Assembly (NCBI GenBank): GCA_024230095.1
Contig: JAAERS010000388.1
Location: forward strand, 9,298-73,297
DNA length: 64,000 bases
Direction of reading: 5' to 3'
Origin: Gammaproteobacteria bacterium
GTDB lineage: Bacteria > Pseudomonadota > Gammaproteobacteria > Pseudomonadales > Balneatricaceae
Below are positions 8,549-18,249 of this stretch, piece by piece (within the stretch, counting starts at the first letter, position 1; the number at the start of each line of letters is the position of its first letter). The notes under the pieces are model-generated. The model was given only the letters and a program-made list of their open reading frames with translations, did not search any database and was not told where the DNA came from. The position numbers were made by a program, and so were the translations under genes.

Positions 8549-10986
8549 TAGCTGCGCACCAATATATTGCTTGGGTCATAAAGCCCTTTGGGCACCACCA
8601 CCGAGGTGTAGCTTTCACCAATCACCTGACACTGCAACTTTTGCCCTTGCACAGCCACTTGTGGATCGACATAGGCGTAAGCCAAGTTCTTACCTGTTCG
8701 ATGGCCATACCCTGCCGATGTGACAACGCCGACTTGTTTGCCATTAAGCAATACTGGATCACCCCCATGGGCTGAGACCCCTTGGCAATCAATGTCTATG
8801 GTTACCAGTAACTTGTTGGGGCCGGCTTGTCGAGCCGCCCTGAGTGCCTCTTTACCAACAAAGTCTTTGTCCAGCTTCACAAAGCGATCTAAACCCGCTT
8901 CCAACGGTGTAAATTCGTCTATGACCTCTGCTTTCCAGTGCAAATAACCCTTCTCCAAACGCATGGATTCCGTGGCATAAAGGCCAAATTTGCTCAAACC
9001 AACTTGTTTACCGGCAGCTTGTAGCAACTGCCAAACCAGATACAACTGTTCGTTGGCAACATGCAGTTCATAAGCCAGTTCACCTGAGAAACTCACGCTC
9101 ATGGCTGTCACCTCGGCATGCCCTAGATACATTTGTCGTGCCTGCATCCAGCCAAAGGCTTGTTGACTCCAGTCACCTCGCGGTGACAAAGACTGCAATA
9201 ACTGCCTAGACTTGGGCCCTGCTATGACCAATATGGTATGGCTAGCCGCCATTTCAGTTAGCTGCACGCTGCTCGGCATAGAACCATACAACCAATCACG
9301 ATCGTGCCATTCGGCAGCCGCTGCAGAACCCCACCAAAAATGATTTTCGGCCATTTTAACTAACGTGGCTTCGGTCACCATGCGGCCGCGTTCGTTAAGC
9401 AGGTAACACAAGCGAACTTGCCCCACCTTTTTGGGTATGGCGCTACAGCTAATCGTATCCAACCAGGCCTCAACACCCTCTCCTTGCAAGCTATAACGAT
9501 TGAAGCCAGACACTTCCATGACACCCACTCCTTGTTGTAAAGCCGCTATTTCTGCACCAACAACATCATGGGATTCGTTATGACTCATACTCGCCGATTC
9601 AGTAAAATCAGGGCTGGGTTTGAACATCAAGACTCGCTCCCAGCCATTGACGCGACCAAAAATGGCTCCAGCTTGTTGCAACTCAGAATACAAGGGCGTA
9701 GTACGAGCTAAGCGCCCGGCAGGGCGTTGCTCATGGGGATAATGGTAGTGAAACTCATTCTGATAGTCCTCAACAGCCATCATGCAGGTTAGTTCCGTAT
9801 TAGCATATTGAGTAAAACGCCGAGGATCTGTGTACCAGCTATCCCATTCAGACTGGCCTTCAACAATAATATCAGCCAAAATCTTGCCGTGACCGCCACT
9901 TTCGCCAATGCCAGCACGCAAACCAATAGCACAGTATGCATTGGTGACACCGGGAATAGGCCCAATGAGCGGCGCTCCATCAATGGTGTAAGTAATAGGG
10001 CCATTAACAATAGAATGGATGCCGGCCGTTTGTAATGCCGGCATAAAGTCAAATATTCGTTCCATATTATCCAAACAACGGTCCAAATCATCAGGGCATA
10101 ACGCCTTGGTAAAATCAGGGCTAATGCCATCCATACCAAAGGTTTTGCAGCCCTGTTCATACACACCCACCAACAAACCTTTCTTTTCTTGGCGGCTATA
10201 AAAGTCATCCCGTGGGTCACGGATGATAGGCACACGAAAATCCAACGCTTCCAGTTCAGGTATGGAATCGGTCAGAAAATACATATGTTCCATGGATGTT
10301 ACCGGGTGGCTGACACCCAGCATGTTGCCCACCTCATTGACTCGGTAGCCAGTCGCATTGACCACCTTTTGACAGGTAATATCGCCCTTTTGAGTATGTA
10401 CAATGAACTCTCCATTAGGCTTACGAGTAATAGCTACAACCGCATTAAAACGGTACACCTTAGCACCGGCTTCACGCGCCTTGCGTACCATAGCAAAGGT
10501 AATACCAGCCGGATCAATATCGCCGTCCAATGGGTCCCACCAAGCGCCTAATAGTCCATCTGGGCTAATCAATGGGTGGCGTCTGGCCGCTTCGGCGGCA
10601 TCAATGTATTCCATACCAGCACCCATACCATTAGCCATGCCCACCATGTGCTTGTATAGGTCTACCTCTAAGGGTTTGCTAGCCAGACGCATACCGCCTG
10701 TAATGTGATAAGCGAACGGGTGTTCCTTATCATTGGCCAGTTTTTTGTAGAGGGCAATACTGTGACGCTTGAGGGCTATGGCTGTTTGATTAGCACCAAA
10801 TTGAGTGACCTGAGCGGCAGCATGCCATGTAGAACCTGATGTCAATTCATCTCGTTCAACCAAAGCAATATCAGTCCAACCATGTTCAATAGCCAAATGA
10901 TAAAATACAGACGCGCCCGCAATGCCACCACCAATTACCACCACCCGAGCATGACTTTGAACTGGGTCTTTCGCACTATCTGACAT
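8548..10986 (-). CDS. Dimethylglycine/sarcosine dehydrogenase-family protein (FAD DAO domain plus GcvT-like folate-binding aminomethyltransferase domain)
   Basis: 812 aa. It has the VVVIGGGIAGAS dinucleotide motif and SGSTWHAA, the covalent-FAD His context. The long C-terminal region is GcvT-like. Confidence 0.85.
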   Translation of the reverse strand: MSDSAKDPVQSHARVVVIGGGIAGASVFYHLAIEHGWTDIALVERDELTSGSTWHAAAQVTQFGANQTAIALKRHSIALYKKLANDKEHPFAYHITGGMRLASKPLEVDLYKHMVGMANGMGAGMEYIDAAEAARRHPLISPDGLLGAWWDPLDGDIDPAGITFAMVRKAREAGAKVYRFNAVVAITRKPNGEFIVHTQKGDITCQKVVNATGYRVNEVGNMLGVSHPVTSMEHMYFLTDSIPELEALDFRVPIIRDPRDDFYSRQEKKGLLVGVYEQGCKTFGMDGISPDFTKALCPDDLDRCLDNMERIFDFMPALQTAGIHSIVNGPITYTIDGAPLIGPIPGVTNAYCAIGLRAGIGESGGHGKILADIIVEGQSEWDSWYTDPRRFTQYANTELTCMMAVEDYQNEFHYHYPHEQRPAGRLARTTPLYSELQQAGAIFGRVNGWERVLMFKPSPDFTESASMSHNESHDVVGAEIAALQQGVGVMEVSGFNRYSLQGEGVEAWLDTISCSAIPKKVGQVRLCYLLNERGRMVTEATLVKMAENHFWWGSAAAAEWHDRDWLYGSMPSSVQLTEMAASHTILVIAGPKSRQLLQSLSPRGDWSQQAFGWMQARQMYLGHAEVTAMSVSFSGELAYELHVANEQLYLVWQLLQAAGKQVGLSKFGLYATESMRLEKGYLHWKAEVIDEFTPLEAGLDRFVKLDKDFVGKEALRAARQAGPNKLLVTIDIDCQGVSAHGGDPVLLNGKQVGVVTSAGYGHRTGKNLAYAYVDPQVAVQGQKLQCQVIGESYTSVVVPKGLYDPSNILVRS

Positions 10987-11090
10987 AATACCAATCTATT
11001 AGCTATACATTGCCCTAAGTGTGCCACTAGATTAAACTGCCTGACAAACCAAATTTTTTAGTTTATAGATCAAATTTTTTAAACAATAAT

Positions 11091-11945
11091 ATGAAACACA
11101 ACTTACCTCCTTTGGATTCGCTTAAAGCCTTTGAGGCCGCGGCCCGATTACTTAGTTTTACCCGCGCTGCAGAAGAGTTGTGTGTCAGCAAGGGCGCGAT
11201 AAGTTATCAGGTTAAAAAACTCGAGCAACACTTGCACCAACCCTTGTTCAGGCGGACAACGCGGCAGATATTTTTAACCGATGCTGGACAGCTGTTATAC
11301 CAACAAACCCGTGATTGTTTTCAGCAATTACAACAACAGTTTGCACAATTAAGCGCGGCTCAAGAATCTCAGGTCATCATCGCCGTCACCACCTACACAG
11401 CCGTGCGATGGTTGTCCCCCCGCCTAGCCGCTTATACTCAAGCCCATAAAAAGCGTCAGATCATGCTCCAACACACCATCAACCAACCTGACTTTGACGC
11501 TACCGGGTTGGATCTCAGTATCCAATGGCAGCATCAACAAGGCGATAGTGACCATTTTATCCATGCCCCCCTTTTTCCGGTTGCCAGTCCTGCTCTGATA
11601 AACACCATAAGCCCGACCTCCTTGGTGGCAGGCGAACTAAATCACCCAGCATGGCAAAATATCACCTTGCTAACCGAAGCTAGACGTGAAGATCTATGGC
11701 AAAGCTGGAATAAACAACAAGCCTGTCATAATCCAAGACAGATAATCGCTGACGCTAATGTGCGCGTGCAGGCAGCGATAGATGGCCAGGGCATAATTTT
11801 GGCAGACCAACTCATGCAAGCAGAAATCGACACGGGTGCATTGCAAGCAATCAGTCGTGACAGCCTAATCCAAGCCGGCTATGCTATTAGAGCGCACAGC
11901 CCCCAAGGTCAAGCCTTGCTGCCCTGGCTATTACAAGCGAAATAA
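11091..11945 (+). CDS. LysR-family transcriptional regulator (GcvA-like)
   Basis: The N-terminus has a wHTH (LKAFEAAARLLSFTRAAEELCVSKGAISYQVKKLE). It is divergent from the DMGDH-MttB operon. Confidence 0.9.
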   Translation: MKHNLPPLDSLKAFEAAARLLSFTRAAEELCVSKGAISYQVKKLEQHLHQPLFRRTTRQIFLTDAGQLLYQQTRDCFQQLQQQFAQLSAAQESQVIIAVTTYTAVRWLSPRLAAYTQAHKKRQIMLQHTINQPDFDATGLDLSIQWQHQQGDSDHFIHAPLFPVASPALINTISPTSLVAGELNHPAWQNITLLTEARREDLWQSWNKQQACHNPRQIIADANVRVQAAIDGQGIILADQLMQAEIDTGALQAISRDSLIQAGYAIRAHSPQGQALLPWLLQAK

Positions 11946-11965
11946 AAACCCTAGAGAGCAAGCAC

Positions 11966-13366
11966 ATGCACATCAATGCTTTTAACCCTATCGCCGACAT
12001 CGTTAAGAGGGTGAAAAAGGACGCTGGTCAAGCCCATATACTGCGCCAACAGGCATATGACAACCAGCAACTGACGAATGCGACATATCAAGCCTACCGT
12101 CAAACAAGCCCACCACAAACATCAGGCTATGCAGGTCTATTGAACGGCATTAGTGTATCGGTAAAAGATTTATATGGTGTCGCCGGCATGCAGTCCTTTG
12201 CGGGGACACCATTCATGTTTACTGACTATGAACAAAACGGCCCCTTGGTACAAGCATTGCTTGATCAGGGCGCTTACATCTCTGGCAAGACCCATTCTGT
12301 AGAGTTTGCCTTTGGCGGCCTAGGCACCAACCCACACTGGCCAGTACCAAGGAATCCTTGGGATACCCAACAACACCGGGTTCCCGGTGGTTCCAGCTCT
12401 GGCGCTCCCGTGGCCCTTCTCACCCATAGTTGCCAACTTGCCCTTGGCACAGACACAGCTGGCTCCGTGCGCGTGCCCGCTGCCATGTGCGGCACCTTTG
12501 GCATCAAGACCAGTTCTGGACGCTGGAATAAGGAACTTATTGTCCCCCTGTCCCCAACGGCCGATACAGCGGGTTTATTAGCCCGCTCAGCGGCCGATGC
12601 CCTATGGGGTTTTGCGACCTTGGACCCAGTCTATCAAAACCACCCCCTTACATTGATTGAATCGCTGCAAGTTAAGGCCCAAAATACGAATTTAAGGGGT
12701 TGTAAAGTCGGGCTTATCAGCGCCTACTTTAAAGACTGTGAAGATGGTATTGCCGAACATACACAACAGGCATTAATGCAGTTACAAGACGCTGGTGCCG
12801 AGTTAATAGAGCTAGATTGGCCCTATTTAGAGGAAACCTTTGCATTTTTCACGCAAGGGGGCATGTCCTCGGCAGAATTCCCACTCTTTATTTTGGCCCC
12901 TGAAAACCAACCATGGTTTGACGCCTTGGCGGACAGTACTAAGCTGCGTTTTGATCAGCTAAAAGACACCCCCTTATCAGAGCTGAAAGCGCGCATACCG
13001 GCATTACAGAAAAACATCGCCACTTTCCAACAAGCAGCCCATACCTGTTTAGCGGCCGTAGACTTTGCCGTTTGCCCCACTATCCCAATCAGCGCGCCTC
13101 TGTTAAGTGAGGTGGAACATGATATGACCCGTTACCGCGAGCGTAACAACCGGGCACTAAGCCATACGCAACTGGTCAACTACCAGGATTTGTGTGCCAG
13201 CACCTTGCCTATTGGACTCAATGGCCTTGGTATGCCCTGTGGTTTACAGATCATTATGCCCCACAACAAGGATATTGAACTGATGACCTGGAGTTTAAGA
13301 TTGGAGCAAATATTGGGCTGCATGCCTCAACCAAGCCTTATAAACAAACAAGCTCTAGGCAAATAA
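11966..13366 (+). CDS. Amidase-signature (AS) family amidase
   Basis: It carries the GGSSSGAPVA...GTDTAGSVRVPAAMCG signature. It lies 20 nt downstream of the LysR gene. Confidence 0.9.
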   Translation: MHINAFNPIADIVKRVKKDAGQAHILRQQAYDNQQLTNATYQAYRQTSPPQTSGYAGLLNGISVSVKDLYGVAGMQSFAGTPFMFTDYEQNGPLVQALLDQGAYISGKTHSVEFAFGGLGTNPHWPVPRNPWDTQQHRVPGGSSSGAPVALLTHSCQLALGTDTAGSVRVPAAMCGTFGIKTSSGRWNKELIVPLSPTADTAGLLARSAADALWGFATLDPVYQNHPLTLIESLQVKAQNTNLRGCKVGLISAYFKDCEDGIAEHTQQALMQLQDAGAELIELDWPYLEETFAFFTQGGMSSAEFPLFILAPENQPWFDALADSTKLRFDQLKDTPLSELKARIPALQKNIATFQQAAHTCLAAVDFAVCPTIPISAPLLSEVEHDMTRYRERNNRALSHTQLVNYQDLCASTLPIGLNGLGMPCGLQIIMPHNKDIELMTWSLRLEQILGCMPQPSLINKQALGK

Positions 13367-13370
13367 TCTG

Positions 13371-13760
13371 TTAAGGCAACACGGCCGTGGCCTCAATTTC
13401 TATTTGAGCACGGTCTTCCAGTAAATCAGCTACCTGCACAAGGGTCATTGCCGGAAAGTGACGTCCGATCACCTCTCGATATACTTGACCTAGCTCAGTC
13501 TGACGCGCCAAATACTCTTGTTTGTCCACCACATACCAAGTTAAACGCACAATGTGTTCTGGCCCAGCACCAGCTTCGGCTAAAACCGTAACGATATTTT
13601 GCAATACCTGCTTGGTTTGAGCAATCAAGTCATCCGTTTGAAAAACTTGCTGCCCATCCCAACCTATTTGTCCACCAACAAATATCAGTTGACCTGAAGT
13701 CAAAACACCATTGGCATAACCTTTAGCGGGTTGCCAAGCAGAGGGATTTAAAAACTGCAT
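13371..13760 (-). CDS. RidA/YjgF/TdcF-family enamine/imine deaminase
   Basis: The sequence is typical of the family (GYANGVL..GQIGWD...IEIEATA). ATG 13760 has a GAGG 6 nt upstream. The track start at 13772 is a TTG. Confidence 0.85.
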   Translation of the reverse strand: MQFLNPSAWQPAKGYANGVLTSGQLIFVGGQIGWDGQQVFQTDDLIAQTKQVLQNIVTVLAEAGAGPEHIVRLTWYVVDKQEYLARQTELGQVYREVIGRHFPAMTLVQVADLLEDRAQIEIEATAVLP

Positions 13761-13768
13761 AATAAACC

Positions 13769-14188
13769 TCAAATATACTCTTGCAACGCCTTTAGCAGCG
13801 CTGGTTGGCTAGCCCAAGCAACAGGCTTCATGGGTTCTGAACCCACCAATACAAGACTGACCTGATTACTGACACGTAACTCTTGTGCCGCATAGATATT
13901 CACCTCCAGTTTCATACTGGCTCGGCCAATATTTAGCACCTTTAGCACCAAAGTCAGCTGGTCTTCTAAACGACTCGGCAGATGAAACTGAGTTTTGATG
14001 TCAACGGTGGGAATACCCAAATGCAGGCATTCATGAAGGGTGGCAAAACTGTGATCTAAGGCTTGCTCAAACCACAACTCCACGCAGCTATTCACCATTT
14101 CGAAGTAACGCGGGTAAAAAACAATACGCGCAAGGTCACAGTGTCGAAAACGCACCGTCTGGTAAGAGCGAAATACCTTCACTGACAT
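13769..14188 (-). CDS. Hotdog-fold acyl-CoA thioesterase (4HBT/YbgC-like)
   Basis: 139 aa, with the motif VRFRHCDLARIVFYPRYFEM typical of 4HBT-type thioesterases. It overlaps the ligase gene by 10 nt. Confidence 0.75.
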   Translation of the reverse strand: MSVKVFRSYQTVRFRHCDLARIVFYPRYFEMVNSCVELWFEQALDHSFATLHECLHLGIPTVDIKTQFHLPSRLEDQLTLVLKVLNIGRASMKLEVNIYAAQELRVSNQVSLVLVGSEPMKPVAWASQPALLKALQEYI

Positions 14189-15819
14189 AACGACACATCC
14201 CGCAAGCGAAAGCGCTGGACTTTGCCCGTTTCGGTTTTCGGTAAGGCCTCGATATAGATCACACGGCGCGGGTACTTGTAAGGCGCGATGGTGGCTTTGA
14301 CATAATCCTGTATTGCCTTGGTTAGTTGCGCCGATTGGGCAAACTCCGATTTAAGCACGATGAAAGCGCTCACAACCTGCCCACGCTCATCGTCAGGCAA
14401 GCCAACCACCCCACATTCAGACACGGCTTCGTGCCCCAGCAAACATGCTTCTACTTCGGGTCCAGCAATGTTATAACCTGAAGATACGATCATATCGTCA
14501 TTCCGGGCTGCAAAATGAAAGTAACCCTCTTCATCCTGAGAGAATGTGTCACCGGTGATATTCCAACCATCAACCACGTACCGAGCCTGCCGTTCGTCAT
14601 TTAGGTAACGACAGCCCGTGGGGCCACGCACCACCAGACGCCCTGGGGTACCGCGGGTCACTTCCTGCATCTGCTCATCCACTACCTTGGCTTCATATCC
14701 AGCAACAGGCCGACCGGTGCAAGCTGCTTGAGCATCATCTAGGCGGTTACTGATAAAGATATGCAACATCTCTGTAGAGCCAATACCATCCAGCAAGGGT
14801 TTACCCATTTTTTGTTGCCACTCATCAAACACGGGCTGGGGTAAGGATTCACCGGCTGATACTGCGCATCGTAGACTGGACAGATCAGCACCATCATCCA
14901 TGGCCGCCAACAAAGCTCGGTATGCTGTTGGTGCAGTAAAACAAATGGTCGCTTTATAGGTTTCGATTATGCTAATAATTTCGGTCGGAGGTGCCTGCTC
15001 CAACAGTGTGGCGGTAGCGCCAAAACGCAAGGGAAAAACGGCCAAACCGCCCAGACCAAAAGTGAAGGCCAAAGGCGGAGAACCAACAAAAACATCGGCC
15101 GGTGTTACCTGCAACACTTCGCGAGCATAACCATCAGCAATGGCCAATAGGTCACGGTGAAAATGCATCGTGGCCTTTGGCTCACCCGTAGTGCCGGAGG
15201 TAAAACCCAATAGCGCCACATCGTCACAGCTGGTTTGGACGGCATCAAACTGTACCTGTTTGTTAAGTGCTGCTTTGTCTAATTCAGCATCAAAGTTTGC
15301 CGTACCATCAAAAGCAACGACTTGCTGTAAAAAGGCACTGTCAGGCAAACAAGCCTGCAATTCATCCAACAACCGGCTATCACACAAAGCCAAACTTACC
15401 TCGGCTTTATTGATCGTTTTATTTAGCTCAGCCTTACGCAACAACGGCATAGTATTCACCACCACAGCGCCGGCTTTGGTGGCCGCTAGCCAACAAGCAA
15501 CCAGCGCGGGGTTGTTGGCGGCTCGGATAAGTATACGGTTGCCCGGTACAACACCATAGTCATCTACCAAAACATGAGCAATGCGATTACTCCAATCAGT
15601 AAGTTCTTTGTAGGTACGGCGACGACCATTGCCAATTAGGGCCGTGTGATCGCCAAAGCCCCTTTCTACCATCTTGTCCGTCAATTCAACGGCGACATTG
15701 AGCCGGTCTGGGTAACTGTGGTAATGCACATTCATTTGCGCCCACTGATCCATAGGCGGCAGCCGGTCACGGCTGAATGTGTCCACATGGGCAGAGGGCT
15801 TGAGCTCGATAGAATTCAT
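14179..15819 (-). CDS. Aryl-CoA ligase (AMP-forming; benzoate/2-aminobenzoate-CoA ligase-like)
   Basis: AMP-binding motif FTSGTTGEPK, and GYNIAGPEVE and KTETGKVQR motifs. ATG 15819 has a GAGGA 5 nt upstream. The track start at 15831 is a GTG. Confidence 0.85.
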   Translation of the reverse strand: MNSIELKPSAHVDTFSRDRLPPMDQWAQMNVHYHSYPDRLNVAVELTDKMVERGFGDHTALIGNGRRRTYKELTDWSNRIAHVLVDDYGVVPGNRILIRAANNPALVACWLAATKAGAVVVNTMPLLRKAELNKTINKAEVSLALCDSRLLDELQACLPDSAFLQQVVAFDGTANFDAELDKAALNKQVQFDAVQTSCDDVALLGFTSGTTGEPKATMHFHRDLLAIADGYAREVLQVTPADVFVGSPPLAFTFGLGGLAVFPLRFGATATLLEQAPPTEIISIIETYKATICFTAPTAYRALLAAMDDGADLSSLRCAVSAGESLPQPVFDEWQQKMGKPLLDGIGSTEMLHIFISNRLDDAQAACTGRPVAGYEAKVVDEQMQEVTRGTPGRLVVRGPTGCRYLNDERQARYVVDGWNITGDTFSQDEEGYFHFAARNDDMIVSSGYNIAGPEVEACLLGHEAVSECGVVGLPDDERGQVVSAFIVLKSEFAQSAQLTKAIQDYVKATIAPYKYPRRVIYIEALPKTETGKVQRFRLRDVSLCQ

Positions 15820-15827
15820 GTTAATCC

Positions 15828-16967
15828 TCACAAATGTTTTGCTATTATTATTTTTTGAACGTCCGAGGCTCCTTCGTAAATCCGCAACGCTCTTATTTCA
15901 CGATACAAACCTTCTACGGTGTTGCCAGAGCGTACGCCCTCGCCACCAAATATCTGTAACGCTTTGTCAATGGTTGTTTGCGCCATTTCTGTTGCATACA
16001 ACTTGGCCATAGCCGCTTCCCGAGACACCCTGGCAGCCCCCATGTCTTTGCTCCAAGCAGCGCGATAAATGAGCAGTGCGGCAGCATCTATATCCAGAGC
16101 CATATCCGCCAAGTGCCCTTGCACCATTTGTAAATCATTCAATGGCTTGCCAAATAGTTGCCGAGACTGGCTTCGTTCCAGAGCTTCGTGTAACGCCCTT
16201 CTAGCCATACCCAATGCGGCAGCACCCACTGTGGAGCGGAACACATCCAGTACCGCCATGGCGATTTTAAAACCTTCCCCCGGCTTGCCAAGCAATTCAT
16301 CTTGGCTGACTTCGACCTGATCAAACTGCAAGCGAGCTAGTGGATGTGGAGCCATGGTGTGGATGCGCTCGGTTACGCTTAACCCTGCTCTATTTGCCGG
16401 CACTAAAAAGGCCGACAAGCCCTTAGCACCGGGAGCCTCACCAGTACGGGCAAATACCACATAACGTTCCGCAATACCGCCGTTAGAAATCCAAGTTTTT
16501 TCACCATTAAGTACATAACCTGATTGGCTTGTGGTGGCCGTCATTTTTAAATTGGCCACATCCGACCCTGACTCTGGATCAGTGAGCGCAAAGGCCGCTA
16601 AAGCTTTACCAGCACGAGTTCGTTTTAACCACTGTTGCTGCTGTGCACTACCAAACAGGCTGATAGCACCAGTACCTAGACCCTGCATAGCAAAGGCAAA
16701 ATCCGCCAAGGCGTCATAGCGAGCCAAGGTTTCACGTATCAAACACAAGCTACGCACATCCAAGCTGCCGGGGGCCTCAGGGTCAATTGCCGTATGTTTC
16801 AGCCAGCCATCTTGTCCCATCTGCGCGACTAACTGCACACAGGCTTGGTCCACATCGGTATGCGCCACTGGTAAATATTGCTGCGCCCATATTTCTAGCC
16901 GCTCGGCCAAATGGCGATGCTGGTCTTCAAAAAATGGCCATCCTAAAAAACTGGTATCACGTTGCAT
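15828..16967 (-). CDS. Acyl-CoA dehydrogenase
   Basis: 379 aa with ACAD motifs ([26 protein letters not shown]). Confidence 0.9.
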   Translation of the reverse strand: MQRDTSFLGWPFFEDQHRHLAERLEIWAQQYLPVAHTDVDQACVQLVAQMGQDGWLKHTAIDPEAPGSLDVRSLCLIRETLARYDALADFAFAMQGLGTGAISLFGSAQQQQWLKRTRAGKALAAFALTDPESGSDVANLKMTATTSQSGYVLNGEKTWISNGGIAERYVVFARTGEAPGAKGLSAFLVPANRAGLSVTERIHTMAPHPLARLQFDQVEVSQDELLGKPGEGFKIAMAVLDVFRSTVGAAALGMARRALHEALERSQSRQLFGKPLNDLQMVQGHLADMALDIDAAALLIYRAAWSKDMGAARVSREAAMAKLYATEMAQTTIDKALQIFGGEGVRSGNTVEGLYREIRALRIYEGASDVQKIIIAKHL

Positions 16968-16982
16968 GTCAGAGTCCTTGCA

Positions 16983-17795
16983 TTAATCGCCAGAAAATTC
17001 AGGCCGTTGCTTGGTAACAAAAGCCTCATAAGCCCGCCGAAAGTCTTGAGTTTGCATACAGATAGCTTGTGCTTGCGCTTCTGCCTCAATGGCTTGATCC
17101 AAGGTCATAGACCATTCATGTTGGAGCTGAGTTTTGGTCATCATATGTGCAAAGCTTGGGCCTTTTGCTATGCGTGACGCTATTGTCATGGCTTCAGAAT
17201 GCAATTGATCGGCTGCTACGAGACGACTATAAAAACCCCAACGTTCACCCTCCTCAGCCGTCATATTACGCCCGCTATACAGCAGGTCTGCGGCCCGACT
17301 TTGGCCAATGATACGAGGCAACATGGAACAGGCGCCCATATCGCAACCGGCTAAACCAACACGCGTAAACAAAAAGGCTGTTTTTGCTTGTGGCGTGGCA
17401 ATGCGCAAGTCAGAAGCCATGGCAATGATGGCACCGGCTCCCACTGCCACACCATCTACTGCTGCGATAACAGGCTTTCCACAAGCAAGCATGGCTTTCA
17501 CCAAATCACCGGTCATACGGGTAAACTGCATCAGACCTTTCATGTCCTTGTCTAGTAAGGGACCTATAATTTCATGCACATCACCCCCGGAACAAAAATT
17601 ACCACCACTGGGTAATATCACCACGGTTTTCACGGTATCCTCATCCACCAAAGCGCGAAACAAATCACGTAACTCAGCATAGCTAGCAAATGTAAGGGGG
17701 TTTTTGCGCTCAGGACGGGTCAATTGAATAGTACCAATGCCGTTTTTCACCTGCCAAGCAAAATGTTGGGCCTGGTAATGACATAAATTCTGCAT
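16983..17795 (-). CDS. Enoyl-CoA hydratase/isomerase (crotonase) family protein
   Basis: Crotonase motifs ([28 protein letters not shown]). The ATG at 17795 (MQNLCHY..) lies 1 nt after the MarR stop. The track's N-terminal extension runs into the upstream gene. Confidence 0.85.
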   Translation of the reverse strand: MQNLCHYQAQHFAWQVKNGIGTIQLTRPERKNPLTFASYAELRDLFRALVDEDTVKTVVILPSGGNFCSGGDVHEIIGPLLDKDMKGLMQFTRMTGDLVKAMLACGKPVIAAVDGVAVGAGAIIAMASDLRIATPQAKTAFLFTRVGLAGCDMGACSMLPRIIGQSRAADLLYSGRNMTAEEGERWGFYSRLVAADQLHSEAMTIASRIAKGPSFAHMMTKTQLQHEWSMTLDQAIEAEAQAQAICMQTQDFRRAYEAFVTKQRPEFSGD

Positions 17796-17796
17796 A

Positions 17797-18249
17797 CTAA
17801 TCTCCAAGCTGTTGTTGAATTCTGTCCAATAAAGCCATGACCTGTTGCGTATCCTGGTCTTCAAGAGGAGCCAAAAACTCGTCAATCCAAGCCGCATGAC
17901 TTGTAGCCATGCTGATAAACTGTTGTTTACCCGTTGCCGTCAAACTCAAAATTTGTACTCGGCCGTCATCCGCATCGGCTTGGCGTGTTACCAGTCCTTC
18001 TTCAACCAAACGATTAGCAATGCCAGTGACATTGCCGTTGGATACCATCAGAAAACGCGATAATTCGCTCATCCGCAAACCATCTGGGTGATGATCCAAG
18101 GCCGCCAGAACATCAAACCGTGGTAAGGTGGTATGACATTGTGTTTTCATACGGTGACGCACCATGGCCTCAATATTGCCAGTGGTCTTTAGTAATTTGA
18201 GCCACAAACGCAAATGTTGACGAGTTTCATCACCATAATAGTTAGGCAT
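17797..18249 (-). CDS. MarR-family transcriptional regulator embedded in the operon
   Basis: 150 aa with a winged-helix region (RFDVLAAL....[28 protein letters not shown]). Its start overlaps the SDR stop as TAATG at 18247-18251. Confidence 0.9.
   Translation of the reverse strand: MPNYYGDETRQHLRLWLKLLKTTGNIEAMVRHRMKTQCHTTLPRFDVLAALDHHPDGLRMSELSRFLMVSNGNVTGIANRLVEEGLVTRQADADDGRVQILSLTATGKQQFISMATSHAAWIDEFLAPLEDQDTQQVMALLDRIQQQLGD

Noticed and set aside
16983-17897. Long N-terminal extensions given by the ORF track, for example 16983-17897, 13371-13772, 14179-15831, 2333, 240, 31572, 43925, 47824, 54919, 61634 and 62693.
   Set aside because: The upstream starts are mostly GTG or TTG codons inside the preceding gene or inside AT-rich spacers. 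Downstream ATGs have better RBSs and give N-termini that match the family consensus.
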